DNA of 64,000 nucleotides from an uncultured Bacteroidales bacterium (lineage in GTDB: Bacteria; Bacteroidota; Bacteroidia; Bacteroidales; VadinHA17): positions 400,464 to 464,463 of the forward strand of contig CAWBNA010000019.1 in assembly GCA_963789985.1 (NCBI GenBank). Direction: 5' to 3'. The notes beneath the pieces were generated by a model, which was not told the origin of the DNA, did no database searches, and worked only from the letters and a program-made list of their open reading frames with translations. Of this stretch, positions 28,849 through 37,529 are shown in pieces (position 1 is the stretch's first letter; every line of letters begins with the position of its first letter). The translations under genes and the position numbers were made by a program.

Positions 28849-29524
28849 TGATATAAGTATTGCAGGACTCGACCTGATTGATCCGCCAGGATTCCTGGCA
28901 TTTGTACTGCGATTTGCACTGAATTTTACGGTAATAATGATTCTCGTACGCTGGTTATATTACTCTACGACCAAACGGAAAGATTATCTTTTTACCTATA
29001 TACTGATATCCACGCTTGTCTTTTTGCTCTGCTATCTGCTTGAAAGCGTAAAACTTCAGATCGGTTTTGCACTCGGGCTCTTTGCAATTTTCGGGATCAT
29101 ACGATACAGGACCAACGCGATTCCGATAAAGGAGATGACCTATCTTTTCCTCATCATAGGTGTCTCCGTAATCAATGCCCTCACCAGTGACAAAACAAGC
29201 GTTGTCGATCTTCTTTTTACCAACTTCACAATAATATTCATAACATTCGGACTTGAAAAGCTTTGGTTGCTGAAGAATGAATCATCAAAGCAGGTGCTTT
29301 ATGAGAAGATCGAATTAATCAAGGACGGAAGGTACGATGAACTTGTCAGGGATCTTCAGGAAAGGACAGGCATCAGTAAAATTAACAGGGTAGAGGTTGG
29401 AAAGATCAATTTCCTGAGGGATACATGTGATTTGACTGTTTATTATTTTGAAAAAAAAGGTAAGGAGTACCATTCAGAAGAGAACACGGAAAGCAATAAC
29501 AACAATGACGACGACGACGATTAG
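28814..29524 (+). CDS. DUF4956-like membrane protein with poly-N/D tail
   Basis: 236 aa with several TM helices and a C-terminus ending NNNNDDDDD. Usual partner of bacterial VTC-domain genes. Confidence 0.5.
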   Translation: MKMNTNILALPDDISIAGLDLIDPPGFLAFVLRFALNFTVIMILVRWLYYSTTKRKDYLFTYILISTLVFLLCYLLESVKLQIGFALGLFAIFGIIRYRTNAIPIKEMTYLFLIIGVSVINALTSDKTSVVDLLFTNFTIIFITFGLEKLWLLKNESSKQVLYEKIELIKDGRYDELVRDLQERTGISKINRVEVGKINFLRDTCDLTVYYFEKKGKEYHSEENTESNNNNDDDDD

Positions 29525-29580
29525 GAAAACAGTTCTGGCAATCCCCTGGCTTATATCGTGATGAAGGTTTGAATTTCTAA

Positions 29581-29601
29581 ATTTGATTCAGCAAATCAAA
29601 T
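29581..29601. promoter_or_regulatory. 8-bp inverted repeat just upstream of propeller paralog P1
   Basis: ATTTGATT cagca AATCAAAT, ending 17 nt before ATG 29618. Confidence 0.25.
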
Positions 29602-29617
29602 ATTTACACTATTTTAT

Positions 29618-30976
29618 ATGAAGACGAATTATTACATCCCATTGGCATTCCTGTGTATTTTCTGCCTGGAACCTTACCTTATTGCTCAGGTCAGCCCTCA
29701 GAGGCAATGGACCGGGTATCGAGGCTGCCTGTCATCCGGAGTTCTTGATAATGCTGATTTGCCGGCTACCTTCAGCTTTGAAAAGATGGAAAATATAAAG
29801 TGGAAGATCAGCATACCTGGAATGGGTATTTCGAGCCCTGTGATCTGGGGCAATAAACTTTTTCTTACATCAGCGATAAGTGATGCCGACAAAGCAGGAT
29901 TCAAGCCCGGCCTGTATGGTGATGTCAGGTCCGTAAACGACTCTTCTGTTCATGAATGGAAAGTATTTTGCATTAATAAAAATAACGGCAGAGTGATATG
30001 GGAAAAAACGGCATACAGGGGTGTCCCAAAGATCAAAAGACATCCCAAGTCGACCCACGCAAACACTTCAGTTGCAGTTGACGGAGAGCATGTTGTGGTG
30101 TTTTTCGGATCAGAGGGACTCTACTGCTATGATTTTGACGGACAACTCCTCTGGCAGAAAAATTTCGGGGTGCTCAAAGCTGCATTTTTCATGATGAAAG
30201 ATGCGGAGTGGGAGTTTGCCAGCTCACCAATAATATATGACGGGAAACTGATAATCCAATGCGATGTCCTGGAAAACTCTTTCCTCGCAGCTTTTGATGT
30301 CAATACCGGGAACGAACTCTGGAGGAGTGTAAGAGACGACTATCCCGCATGGAGCACTCCCAATATCTATAAGAACAAAGATAAGGCTTATGTTGTCGTA
30401 AACGGGTTCAGACACATGGGCGGATATGATCTTCTTACCGGCAAGGAGATCTGGAGAATGTCGGGAGGAGGAGACATCCCTATCCCCACACCGGTAATCG
30501 GAGATGACCTTATCTATTTTAACAGTGCTCACGGGAAATTCTCCCCCATAATTGCTGTAAGGAAAGATGCATCGGGCGACATAACACTGCCAGACAAGGA
30601 AACATCAGGTCAGTTTGTGCAATGGAGCAAACCAAGAGGAGGCTCCTACATGCATACATTACTTTTGTACCGTAACAGGCTTTACAATGTAAACTGGAAC
30701 GGAATGATCAACTGCATCGATCCATCCTCAGGCAGGGAAATATTCAATGCAAAACTTGGTAAATCGTCAAGCTTTATTGCCTCTCCTGTTGCTTCAGACG
30801 GAAGAATATTCATTGTCGATGAAACGGGAACCGTTTACATCATTCAGGATGGAGATGCCTTCAGGGAACTTGCCGAAATTCCGATGGATGAGATCTGCAT
30901 GACCGCACCTGCAATAACCGACGGTCTGATCTTCTTCAGAACACAGAACCACCTTTATGCAGTAGGTAAGAAATAA
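29618..30976 (+). CDS. PQQ/BamB-like beta-propeller repeat protein (paralog P1), secreted
   Basis: 452 aa with a signal peptide, post-signal QWTGYRG motif and repeated xxGxxxW blade motifs (NNGRVIWEKT, TGNELWRS, TGKEIWRM). Confidence 0.8.
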   Translation: MKTNYYIPLAFLCIFCLEPYLIAQVSPQRQWTGYRGCLSSGVLDNADLPATFSFEKMENIKWKISIPGMGISSPVIWGNKLFLTSAISDADKAGFKPGLYGDVRSVNDSSVHEWKVFCINKNNGRVIWEKTAYRGVPKIKRHPKSTHANTSVAVDGEHVVVFFGSEGLYCYDFDGQLLWQKNFGVLKAAFFMMKDAEWEFASSPIIYDGKLIIQCDVLENSFLAAFDVNTGNELWRSVRDDYPAWSTPNIYKNKDKAYVVVNGFRHMGGYDLLTGKEIWRMSGGGDIPIPTPVIGDDLIYFNSAHGKFSPIIAVRKDASGDITLPDKETSGQFVQWSKPRGGSYMHTLLLYRNRLYNVNWNGMINCIDPSSGREIFNAKLGKSSSFIASPVASDGRIFIVDETGTVYIIQDGDAFRELAEIPMDEICMTAPAITDGLIFFRTQNHLYAVGKK

Positions 30977-30989
30977 GTTCCGGCCATAC

Positions 30990-33900
30990 TTATTCTCTCC
31001 TTATCCCGGCTATTATATCATCCTTTTTTATAGCCCGTACCGAAAAGACCAATGATGTGATGCCTGTAGTTATAATGAGGATCATCATTATTACAATTGT
31101 TCTCCAAGGTATCGCGTTTCCATTCATCATTGACGGTCTGGTGGCAATCAGAGCTGAAACAAGTCCAGCCGCTGTTCCTGACATCAGTATCATGGCATGC
31201 TCGCCAAGAACAATTCTTCTGATCGTTCTCAGAGAGAATCCTGCAGCCATCATCAGTCCGAAATCGCGCTTTCTCTGGTTAAAATTCCTGATAAGGATGA
31301 ATCCCAGCCCGGCGACACCCAGTATCAGGCCAATCGCTCCAAGAACCGTGAAAACAGACAGATAGGTATTTGTAACGACAAAAAAAGAAGCAAGCCTGTC
31401 GGCAGCAGGCTCAAAATGAGCTCCAAAATCCGATAGTCTCTCCGTCAGGGCATTCTTATAAATTTCTGCCATTTTCGGGTTTCCGTCAACCAGGAAAATC
31501 TGACTTCCGGCGACTGAAGGAAAATATTTAATGAAGTTTTTATTGCCTATTATAACATATCCCTGGAATACAGATGATCTCAATCCGGCGCAGATTATTA
31601 CGTTAAGCATCTGTCCGCTTTCACTTCTTATTTTCAGTGTATCACCCGGCTTGATTTTCAGGCCATACTGAAGCACAGTCTGGTCGGCTATTCCGTAAAT
31701 AGTGCCTTCTCCCGGAGAATAATCCAGTGTTGACCAGGGGTTTGTTTTCTTTATGCCCTCCATTTCAGAAGCAAAAGAAAATGAACCTTTACTTATGAAG
31801 TGCTCAGGATCGACCCCGAGAAGGGGAGGAGTTGTAATATGATTAAGGTTAAGGCAACTTGCATCATTACCTGAAGTTTTCCTTGCCTGCACAAGTGAAA
31901 GATCTTTCAGTTCCTGGTCATCCAGGCCATATTCATTTCTGCCTTCTGAACTGTTAAGATCGTCCCTTTCCGGCAGGGACGATTCTCCCCAGAGAAGAAA
32001 TCCGCCGGTGCCACCTGAAGGCTGAAGCATGCTGTTGGTTAAATTCATCCTGTTAACACCGGTTATGATCACGGCAAAGAGCCCGGCAGCAAGAAAAATG
32101 ACCGGAGCGACAGCCTGGGAAGGATAAAAGGAGAAATAACAGCCTGATATCTGTTTTGCCTTTCTGAAACTGAAAATTCCTGTTCTTTGATTACCGATAA
32201 AATATTGCCTGGTCAGAAGGATCATTGTTGAAAAAACAAATATTCCGGCACAAAATGAAAGCAATGTTGAATTGCGGGTAAGAATAAATGACAGTACTGT
32301 CGATAAAAGAGTAAGAGCAGCAAAAACAATCAGGAAAATAAGATTCTTCCCGGCTGAAGGCTTTTCTGTTTTACCTGTTTCGGGCTTGTTCAGATATTTC
32401 AAAAACCGGCCCGACTTTATTATCAGTATTAAAAATATTATAATGAAAGAAATTGCAAATCCTGTCAGAAGTGACCACGGGTCAAACTCTGAAACCAGGG
32501 TGTTTGTCTGCACAGCACCATGCCATACTGAATTAAGAGCTTTGATTGTCAGGGCATTAAAAATTCCTCCCGCAAAGGTTCCCGTTATGGTTCCGCAGAA
32601 CGCGATCATTGCTGTTTCGTAAATAAGTATTTTTTTGATCTTACGGTTTGCAAATCCAAGGGAAAAGAGAGTATTGACCTGTTCTTTTTTTGATTCAAAA
32701 AAGGTCGATACAACAAGAATGAGGAGGATCAGGGATGAGAGTAGAATGAAGAAGCCAAGGCCCAGAAAAAGTGTGCTGAAATCAACACTTTCATTTGCCG
32801 CTTTTTCCAATTCTGCCGGAAGATCCATAATTGTAAAGCCTGCCTTTTCAGGGTCAATGGATCGGGTAAGTTTTGCAAGTATCTCATTTTTACTCACATC
32901 ACTGCTGAAACGGACTGAGGTAACCGGACCAAAATTATTTCCCCATAATTCCCTGCCTTTTTCGTAGTTTATGAAAGCCTTTGGGGTACCGCCGGACTTT
33001 TTCCAGTATTCCTCATCCTTCGGCCGGATCCTGTCGAAATGGATAGTGGTGCCGGCATCCCAGCTTGTACATGATTTCCTTCCTGCAATTCCTGGAAATT
33101 CAGGCATCAGCAGCGAATCAGACCAGATGCCTTCCATTGGTACCACCTTACTGACAATAAAATTCATATTCTCTTCCCTGAGGTGATTCATCGGATCAGG
33201 GGAATACCATGTAATGTTTATGGTGTCGCCTTCCCGTGCAGACAGGTCATCAGCAATCCATCTGTTTATTACAATTCCGTTATCAGCCGGAATGCCTTTA
33301 TACAACAAAGGGTCAAGAGCAGAAATAAAAGAATAAGGCGTCATCTTTTTATCATGGGAAAAGCTGTTGGCCAGGTAAGTTAATACAGGATGTGGTTGCA
33401 ACCCGAGCTTTGCTATTTCATCGACCTGAACTTTGTCGATAAATATTCTGTCAGAAATAAGTTCATACCCTTTTGTTTCCGGAATAAAACGCAGTGAAAG
33501 TCCTATATCTCCAGGTTTCAGCTCTTCCCGAAGGCTCTTGTAAATGTACGGTACTGAAATTCCTTTCCTGTTTTTAAACAGCAGCCTGTTGACCTTTGGG
33601 ATACTATCCTGTTTGTCTGTCAGATCCTGACGGCGGACAAAAATATTCAGCGGAGTTATCTGACTGATACCCAGAGAAAAATTGCCCGACCTTCCGGAAG
33701 ACATAATTGCTCCGGTTTTAAATACCACTGATTCAGTAGTACCATTTGCCGGAGAGAAAGGGGCATCTGCGGGAATGTCACTCAGGGCATTGAACCGGAT
33801 TATCAGGTCAGTTCCCACATTCAGCCCAAGGTAAGCAGCAAGTCGTTCATTAACTGCAACTTCACCTTTTTTGATATTCATACCTTCAATTCCCTGAAAT

Positions 33901-34259
33901 GAAAAGAAGTTATTATCCACTGCATAGATTTTCAATATGGGAGATGTCTGCCCTGTTGTAAAATTCTGGCAATAACCCTCTGTTTCAAGGACTCCGGCGC
34001 ATTTAATGCCGGTCCTTGATTCCATCCTTCCTGAAAGCGAAGGATCAAAATAACGAATTCCTGAACTGACAACGATCCCCGTATTTCCTGTTTTTTCCGA
34101 GGAGGTTTTTTTCAGGCTGCTCCTGACCGATTTGCCGGTCATTAACGATCCTGTTATTACAGCAGTGAGAATAATTATTATGATGATCTGATAAGCAGCA
34201 CCTTTCAGATTGTGCGATATTGACCTTATGGTTATATGGAAAAGCGACAGCTTCATCAT
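30990..34259 (-). CDS. very large FtsX-family ABC permease (two FtsX modules)
   Basis: 1089 aa with TM clusters at the N-terminus, middle and C-terminus separated by large extracytoplasmic domains. Adjacent to a MacB/LolD-type ATPase. Confidence 0.8.
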   Translation of the reverse strand: MMKLSLFHITIRSISHNLKGAAYQIIIIIILTAVITGSLMTGKSVRSSLKKTSSEKTGNTGIVVSSGIRYFDPSLSGRMESRTGIKCAGVLETEGYCQNFTTGQTSPILKIYAVDNNFFSFQGIEGMNIKKGEVAVNERLAAYLGLNVGTDLIIRFNALSDIPADAPFSPANGTTESVVFKTGAIMSSGRSGNFSLGISQITPLNIFVRRQDLTDKQDSIPKVNRLLFKNRKGISVPYIYKSLREELKPGDIGLSLRFIPETKGYELISDRIFIDKVQVDEIAKLGLQPHPVLTYLANSFSHDKKMTPYSFISALDPLLYKGIPADNGIVINRWIADDLSAREGDTINITWYSPDPMNHLREENMNFIVSKVVPMEGIWSDSLLMPEFPGIAGRKSCTSWDAGTTIHFDRIRPKDEEYWKKSGGTPKAFINYEKGRELWGNNFGPVTSVRFSSDVSKNEILAKLTRSIDPEKAGFTIMDLPAELEKAANESVDFSTLFLGLGFFILLSSLILLILVVSTFFESKKEQVNTLFSLGFANRKIKKILIYETAMIAFCGTITGTFAGGIFNALTIKALNSVWHGAVQTNTLVSEFDPWSLLTGFAISFIIIFLILIIKSGRFLKYLNKPETGKTEKPSAGKNLIFLIVFAALTLLSTVLSFILTRNSTLLSFCAGIFVFSTMILLTRQYFIGNQRTGIFSFRKAKQISGCYFSFYPSQAVAPVIFLAAGLFAVIITGVNRMNLTNSMLQPSGGTGGFLLWGESSLPERDDLNSSEGRNEYGLDDQELKDLSLVQARKTSGNDASCLNLNHITTPPLLGVDPEHFISKGSFSFASEMEGIKKTNPWSTLDYSPGEGTIYGIADQTVLQYGLKIKPGDTLKIRSESGQMLNVIICAGLRSSVFQGYVIIGNKNFIKYFPSVAGSQIFLVDGNPKMAEIYKNALTERLSDFGAHFEPAADRLASFFVVTNTYLSVFTVLGAIGLILGVAGLGFILIRNFNQRKRDFGLMMAAGFSLRTIRRIVLGEHAMILMSGTAAGLVSALIATRPSMMNGNAIPWRTIVIMMILIITTGITSLVFSVRAIKKDDIIAGIRRE

Positions 34260-34268
34260 CGCAGGTTT

Positions 34269-34946
34269 TTACAGCTTTTTCCCCGGAAATAGTTTCCCTT
34301 CTGAAAGGGTCAGCTGAACTCCCATTTTATTTGCAAGATCCTTTGAATGTGTTGCAAGGAGAAGAGTGATCCCGTAGTCTTTGTTCATCCGGACAAGAAG
34401 ATCTCCAAGAGCGTTGGTGTTCTTTTCATCAAGCGATCCTGTAGGTTCGTCTGCCAGCAGGAGAGAAGGCTTGTTTGCAAGGGCCCTGACAAGTGTGGCG
34501 CGCTGAGCCTCGCCTCCCGAAATCTGAAGGGGATATTTATCTGCCAGTCCTGAAATACCAGTCGTTTCCATCAGCTTCAATGAATCATTGACCTTTTGCC
34601 TGAACTCGGAATCTGGCGTTTTTGATGCAATAAGAGGAAGTATTATATTTTCCCTGACGGTAAGATAAGGAAGAAGAAGATGATCCTGGAATACGAAGCC
34701 GATGTTTTTGTTCCTGTAGCGGGCTGATTCATCAGAGTCATAATTAAGGATTGAGACACCCCTGAACAGTACATCACCGCTGTCGGGCCTGTCGAGCAAC
34801 CCTATAATATTCAAAAGGGTTGTTTTTCCTGAACCCGACGGACCTGACACTGAAACCGAATCACCTTCATTAAGAGTAAGGTTAAGATCACTCAGAACAA
34901 TACCTCTCTGGTGATAAGATTTTGACACATTATTTAACTGTAACAT
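34269..34946 (-). CDS. ABC transporter ATP-binding protein (LolD/MacB type)
   Basis: Start moved to ATG 34946 (MLQLNNVSKSY). Walker A GPSGSGKTT, signature ISGGEAQR, Walker B LLLADEPT. Confidence 0.9.
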   Translation of the reverse strand: MLQLNNVSKSYHQRGIVLSDLNLTLNEGDSVSVSGPSGSGKTTLLNIIGLLDRPDSGDVLFRGVSILNYDSDESARYRNKNIGFVFQDHLLLPYLTVRENIILPLIASKTPDSEFRQKVNDSLKLMETTGISGLADKYPLQISGGEAQRATLVRALANKPSLLLADEPTGSLDEKNTNALGDLLVRMNKDYGITLLLATHSKDLANKMGVQLTLSEGKLFPGKKL

Positions 34947-36237
34947 TTTCAGCAGTTTTTGAATACAAACCGGCAAGTCCCTCCGACATCCTTTCAAGCG
35001 ACATTTTCTGCCTGACATTTTTCTTGCCTCTGATACTGAGCTGTAAAAGTAACTCTTTATTTGTTAATACTTTATGAAGGCGTGAAGCAAGCTCAGATAC
35101 CGTATCAGGTGAATAGGTTACCCCTCCTCCTGTTTTTTCAACAATTTCAGGGAACGACCCTGTTGCGGGCTGGACGACGGGAACGCCTGCACTGTTGGCT
35201 TCCAGAAGATACAATCCGTACCCGTCATACTTGTGCACCGGAACGCTGATTAAATCGACATTGCGGAAAAATTCCATCTTTCCGTCTCCCTGGAATTCCG
35301 GATATATTTTTACGCTTTTGGCTATCCCGGCTTCCCTGAGCTTTCTCAGCTGAGCTGAAACAAATGTCCTGTCAGTTCCGGTAAAACCGCCGCATATATT
35401 CAGCTTAAGGTCCGGAATCAGACCATTCCTTTTCAGCTCAATAAATGCATCCACAAGCTTGTCAAATCCGTTATTGTAGTTAACCCGGCTGAAGTATCCG
35501 ATCGCGGGTGATCGTGGAACTGAATCAGGCTCAATATCAAATTCAGGATCATATCCCAGCGGAACAACCATGATATTTTCACCGCTGATCCCGGTTTTGC
35601 TCATGAAGAGATCCTTGTAATAATTGCTTGGCGTGACGAACATATCGACATGAACAGCTTCACGCGAAATCATTTTCCAGGCATTTGAGCGGAAAGGTTC
35701 CGCCATCTCATCTATCCAGTCATCCTCATTAAGCAGGGAGCAGACAACCTTTACATCAATCCTCTTCTTAAGCTGCCGGGCCAGACCAAGAATAAGTGCA
35801 TTTGAAAGATGAATAATATCAGGCTTACCATCGTTAAGGAGGTATTTTACAAGCCTGTCGACCTCTGCCTTTCTGAACGCATTGTCGCCCTCTATCATGC
35901 TGATTGTAAGCTCTTCATATCCTTCAGGATTTGTAGTACCCGCCTGCTTTGCAGCAAACTTCAGTAACAGCGGGGAATTGAAAAACTTATCAAAAACTGC
36001 AGGCATGTTATTCAGAAATCCAACCTTTTCTCTCAGGTACATTGAAATTGCACCGAAAAAAACGTTCCTGTCAAAGTTGTTACCTGCCGTGGTTTTATCG
36101 GGAGGAAGGTAAAGCGGTATTGCCCTGGCGGTCATCCCAGGGACCTTGCGGATAGCTCTTATATAGATCATATCACGGTAACAGTTCCCGCAATAAAATG
36201 AGCCTCCTGATCCTGTAATAAGATATACTATTTTCAT
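34930..36237 (-). CDS. glycosyltransferase family 4-like protein with N-terminal CxxC
   Basis: Start moved to ATG 36237 (MKIVYLITGSGGSFYCGNCYRD). The C-terminal half is GT-B/GT4-like (GLYLLEANSAGVPVVQPATGSFPEIV). The upstream part of the track ORF is a translated repeat. Confidence 0.7.
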   Translation of the reverse strand: MKIVYLITGSGGSFYCGNCYRDMIYIRAIRKVPGMTARAIPLYLPPDKTTAGNNFDRNVFFGAISMYLREKVGFLNNMPAVFDKFFNSPLLLKFAAKQAGTTNPEGYEELTISMIEGDNAFRKAEVDRLVKYLLNDGKPDIIHLSNALILGLARQLKKRIDVKVVCSLLNEDDWIDEMAEPFRSNAWKMISREAVHVDMFVTPSNYYKDLFMSKTGISGENIMVVPLGYDPEFDIEPDSVPRSPAIGYFSRVNYNNGFDKLVDAFIELKRNGLIPDLKLNICGGFTGTDRTFVSAQLRKLREAGIAKSVKIYPEFQGDGKMEFFRNVDLISVPVHKYDGYGLYLLEANSAGVPVVQPATGSFPEIVEKTGGGVTYSPDTVSELASRLHKVLTNKELLLQLSIRGKKNVRQKMSLERMSEGLAGLYSKTAENVTVK

Positions 36238-36407
36238 CCTGACTTTTTTCTCTGTGTCACCCTGTGACTTCTCTGTGGATCTCTGTGTAACAATAAAAAG
36301 TACACACTGATCCTGTAATAACATATATTATATTCATTTTGACATTTTTCTCTGTGTCACTCTGTGACTTCTCTGTGGATCTCTGTGTAACAAAAAACGT
36401 ACACAGA
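36208..36407. repeat. 100-bp tandem duplication (2 units, roughly 11 mismatches per 100 by eye) carrying phased CACAGAG heptads and a duplicated gene start
   Basis: Unit 1 is 36208-36307 and unit 2 is 36308-36407. Each has four CTCTGTG/CCCTGTG heptads at 10-11 bp spacing (36250, 36260, 36271, 36281 and 36350, 36360, 36371, 36381). Each also has a copy of the glycosyltransferase start (MKIVYLITGS versus MNIIYVITGS). Confidence 0.9.
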
Positions 36408-36410
36408 GGA

Positions 36411-37529
36411 TTATTTTTTTCCGAATGCAAGCAGCCTTCCGTCTTCAGTCAGAAAATAAAACCTGTCCCTGGTCACCGCCGGGGAGCTGTTCACTGGGGT
36501 GCCTGCATTAAAGCTCCATATTTTCTTTCCATCCTGTAAATTAAGGATATAAATATGCCCGTCGGCACTGCCAAAGATAACCTTCCCTGGTGTGATCACG
36601 GCAGAACCATTAATTTTTCCGTTTGTTCTGAATTTCCATTTTAACTTGCCGGTAGCCAGATCATAACAATACATATACTTATTCTCATTACCCACGACCA
36701 CCATGTTTTTCCCAACCGCCGGTACGCCAAGGATTGAGCCGGATGTAGCATTTGCCGGCACGTTCCAGACCATCTTCCCTGTCAGCATGTCAATGCAATA
36801 CAGGTTTCCGTCATAGTCCCCAAAGCAGGCTTTCCCGCCAGAAAGGGCAGGAGAGGAGGCAATATAAACACCTACCTGGATCGTGTCCTTCTGCCTGCCG
36901 GAATAGGCGTCTACTATTCTTAAAACGCCATCACATCCTCCAAAGACAATATCATTATTTGCAACAGCAGGTGTTCCATTGATATAATTTTCAGTTTCAA
37001 CCTTCCATAGGAGTCTTCCGCTCGATGGGTCAACCGAATGGAGGAAATAATCGTAACTGCCGATTATTATTCCCGATTTTTTTCCTATCGTCCACGAATT
37101 TGCTGATCCGACAATCTGATTATCAGTCATGTATTTCCAGGCCAGTTTTCCGGTGTTTTTGTCAATTGCCTGCAGCGATCCGTCATTGAACCCGACTATT
37201 ACCCTGTTGCCATAAACAAGAGGAGGAGATTCAGCTGCAGTTCCGCCTTCATACTGCCATCTTATTTTTCCGTTTATTCCGACGGCAATAACTGAACCTT
37301 TATCATTTCCGAAAATTATCAAACCGGAACTGATGACAGGCGAAGATTCTGTCTTGCTTCCTGTTGGCAGACTCCAGATCAGGGAAGGTGATGACGGCAG
37401 TTCCATGGTTGTGAATCCCGACAGGTCGGGTTTCCCCCTGAACACAGGCCATTCCTGATCAGTAGTCTGTGAAAATGCAGATATGGAAATTACAACCATG
37501 ATCAATATCAGCCTGATACGCTTTCTCAT
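36411..37529 (-). CDS. PQQ/BamB-like beta-propeller repeat protein (paralog P2), secreted
   Basis: 372 aa with a signal peptide, then EWPVFRG. Blade motifs TGKLAWKY, SGRLLWKV, TGKMVWNV, TGKLKWKF. ATGA overlap with the upstream Fe-S gene. Confidence 0.8.
   Translation of the reverse strand: MRKRIRLILIMVVISISAFSQTTDQEWPVFRGKPDLSGFTTMELPSSPSLIWSLPTGSKTESSPVISSGLIIFGNDKGSVIAVGINGKIRWQYEGGTAAESPPLVYGNRVIVGFNDGSLQAIDKNTGKLAWKYMTDNQIVGSANSWTIGKKSGIIIGSYDYFLHSVDPSSGRLLWKVETENYINGTPAVANNDIVFGGCDGVLRIVDAYSGRQKDTIQVGVYIASSPALSGGKACFGDYDGNLYCIDMLTGKMVWNVPANATSGSILGVPAVGKNMVVVGNENKYMYCYDLATGKLKWKFRTNGKINGSAVITPGKVIFGSADGHIYILNLQDGKKIWSFNAGTPVNSSPAVTRDRFYFLTEDGRLLAFGKK

Noticed and set aside
36238-36539. 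N-terminal extension of the glycosyltransferase ORF to 36324, and ORF 36339-36539(+) (MTFFSVSLCDFSVDLCVT...).
   Set aside because: Both read through the CACAGAG tandem duplication. The GT-like sequence only begins at MKIVYLITGS (36237), and the plus-strand ORF is antisense to propeller P2.
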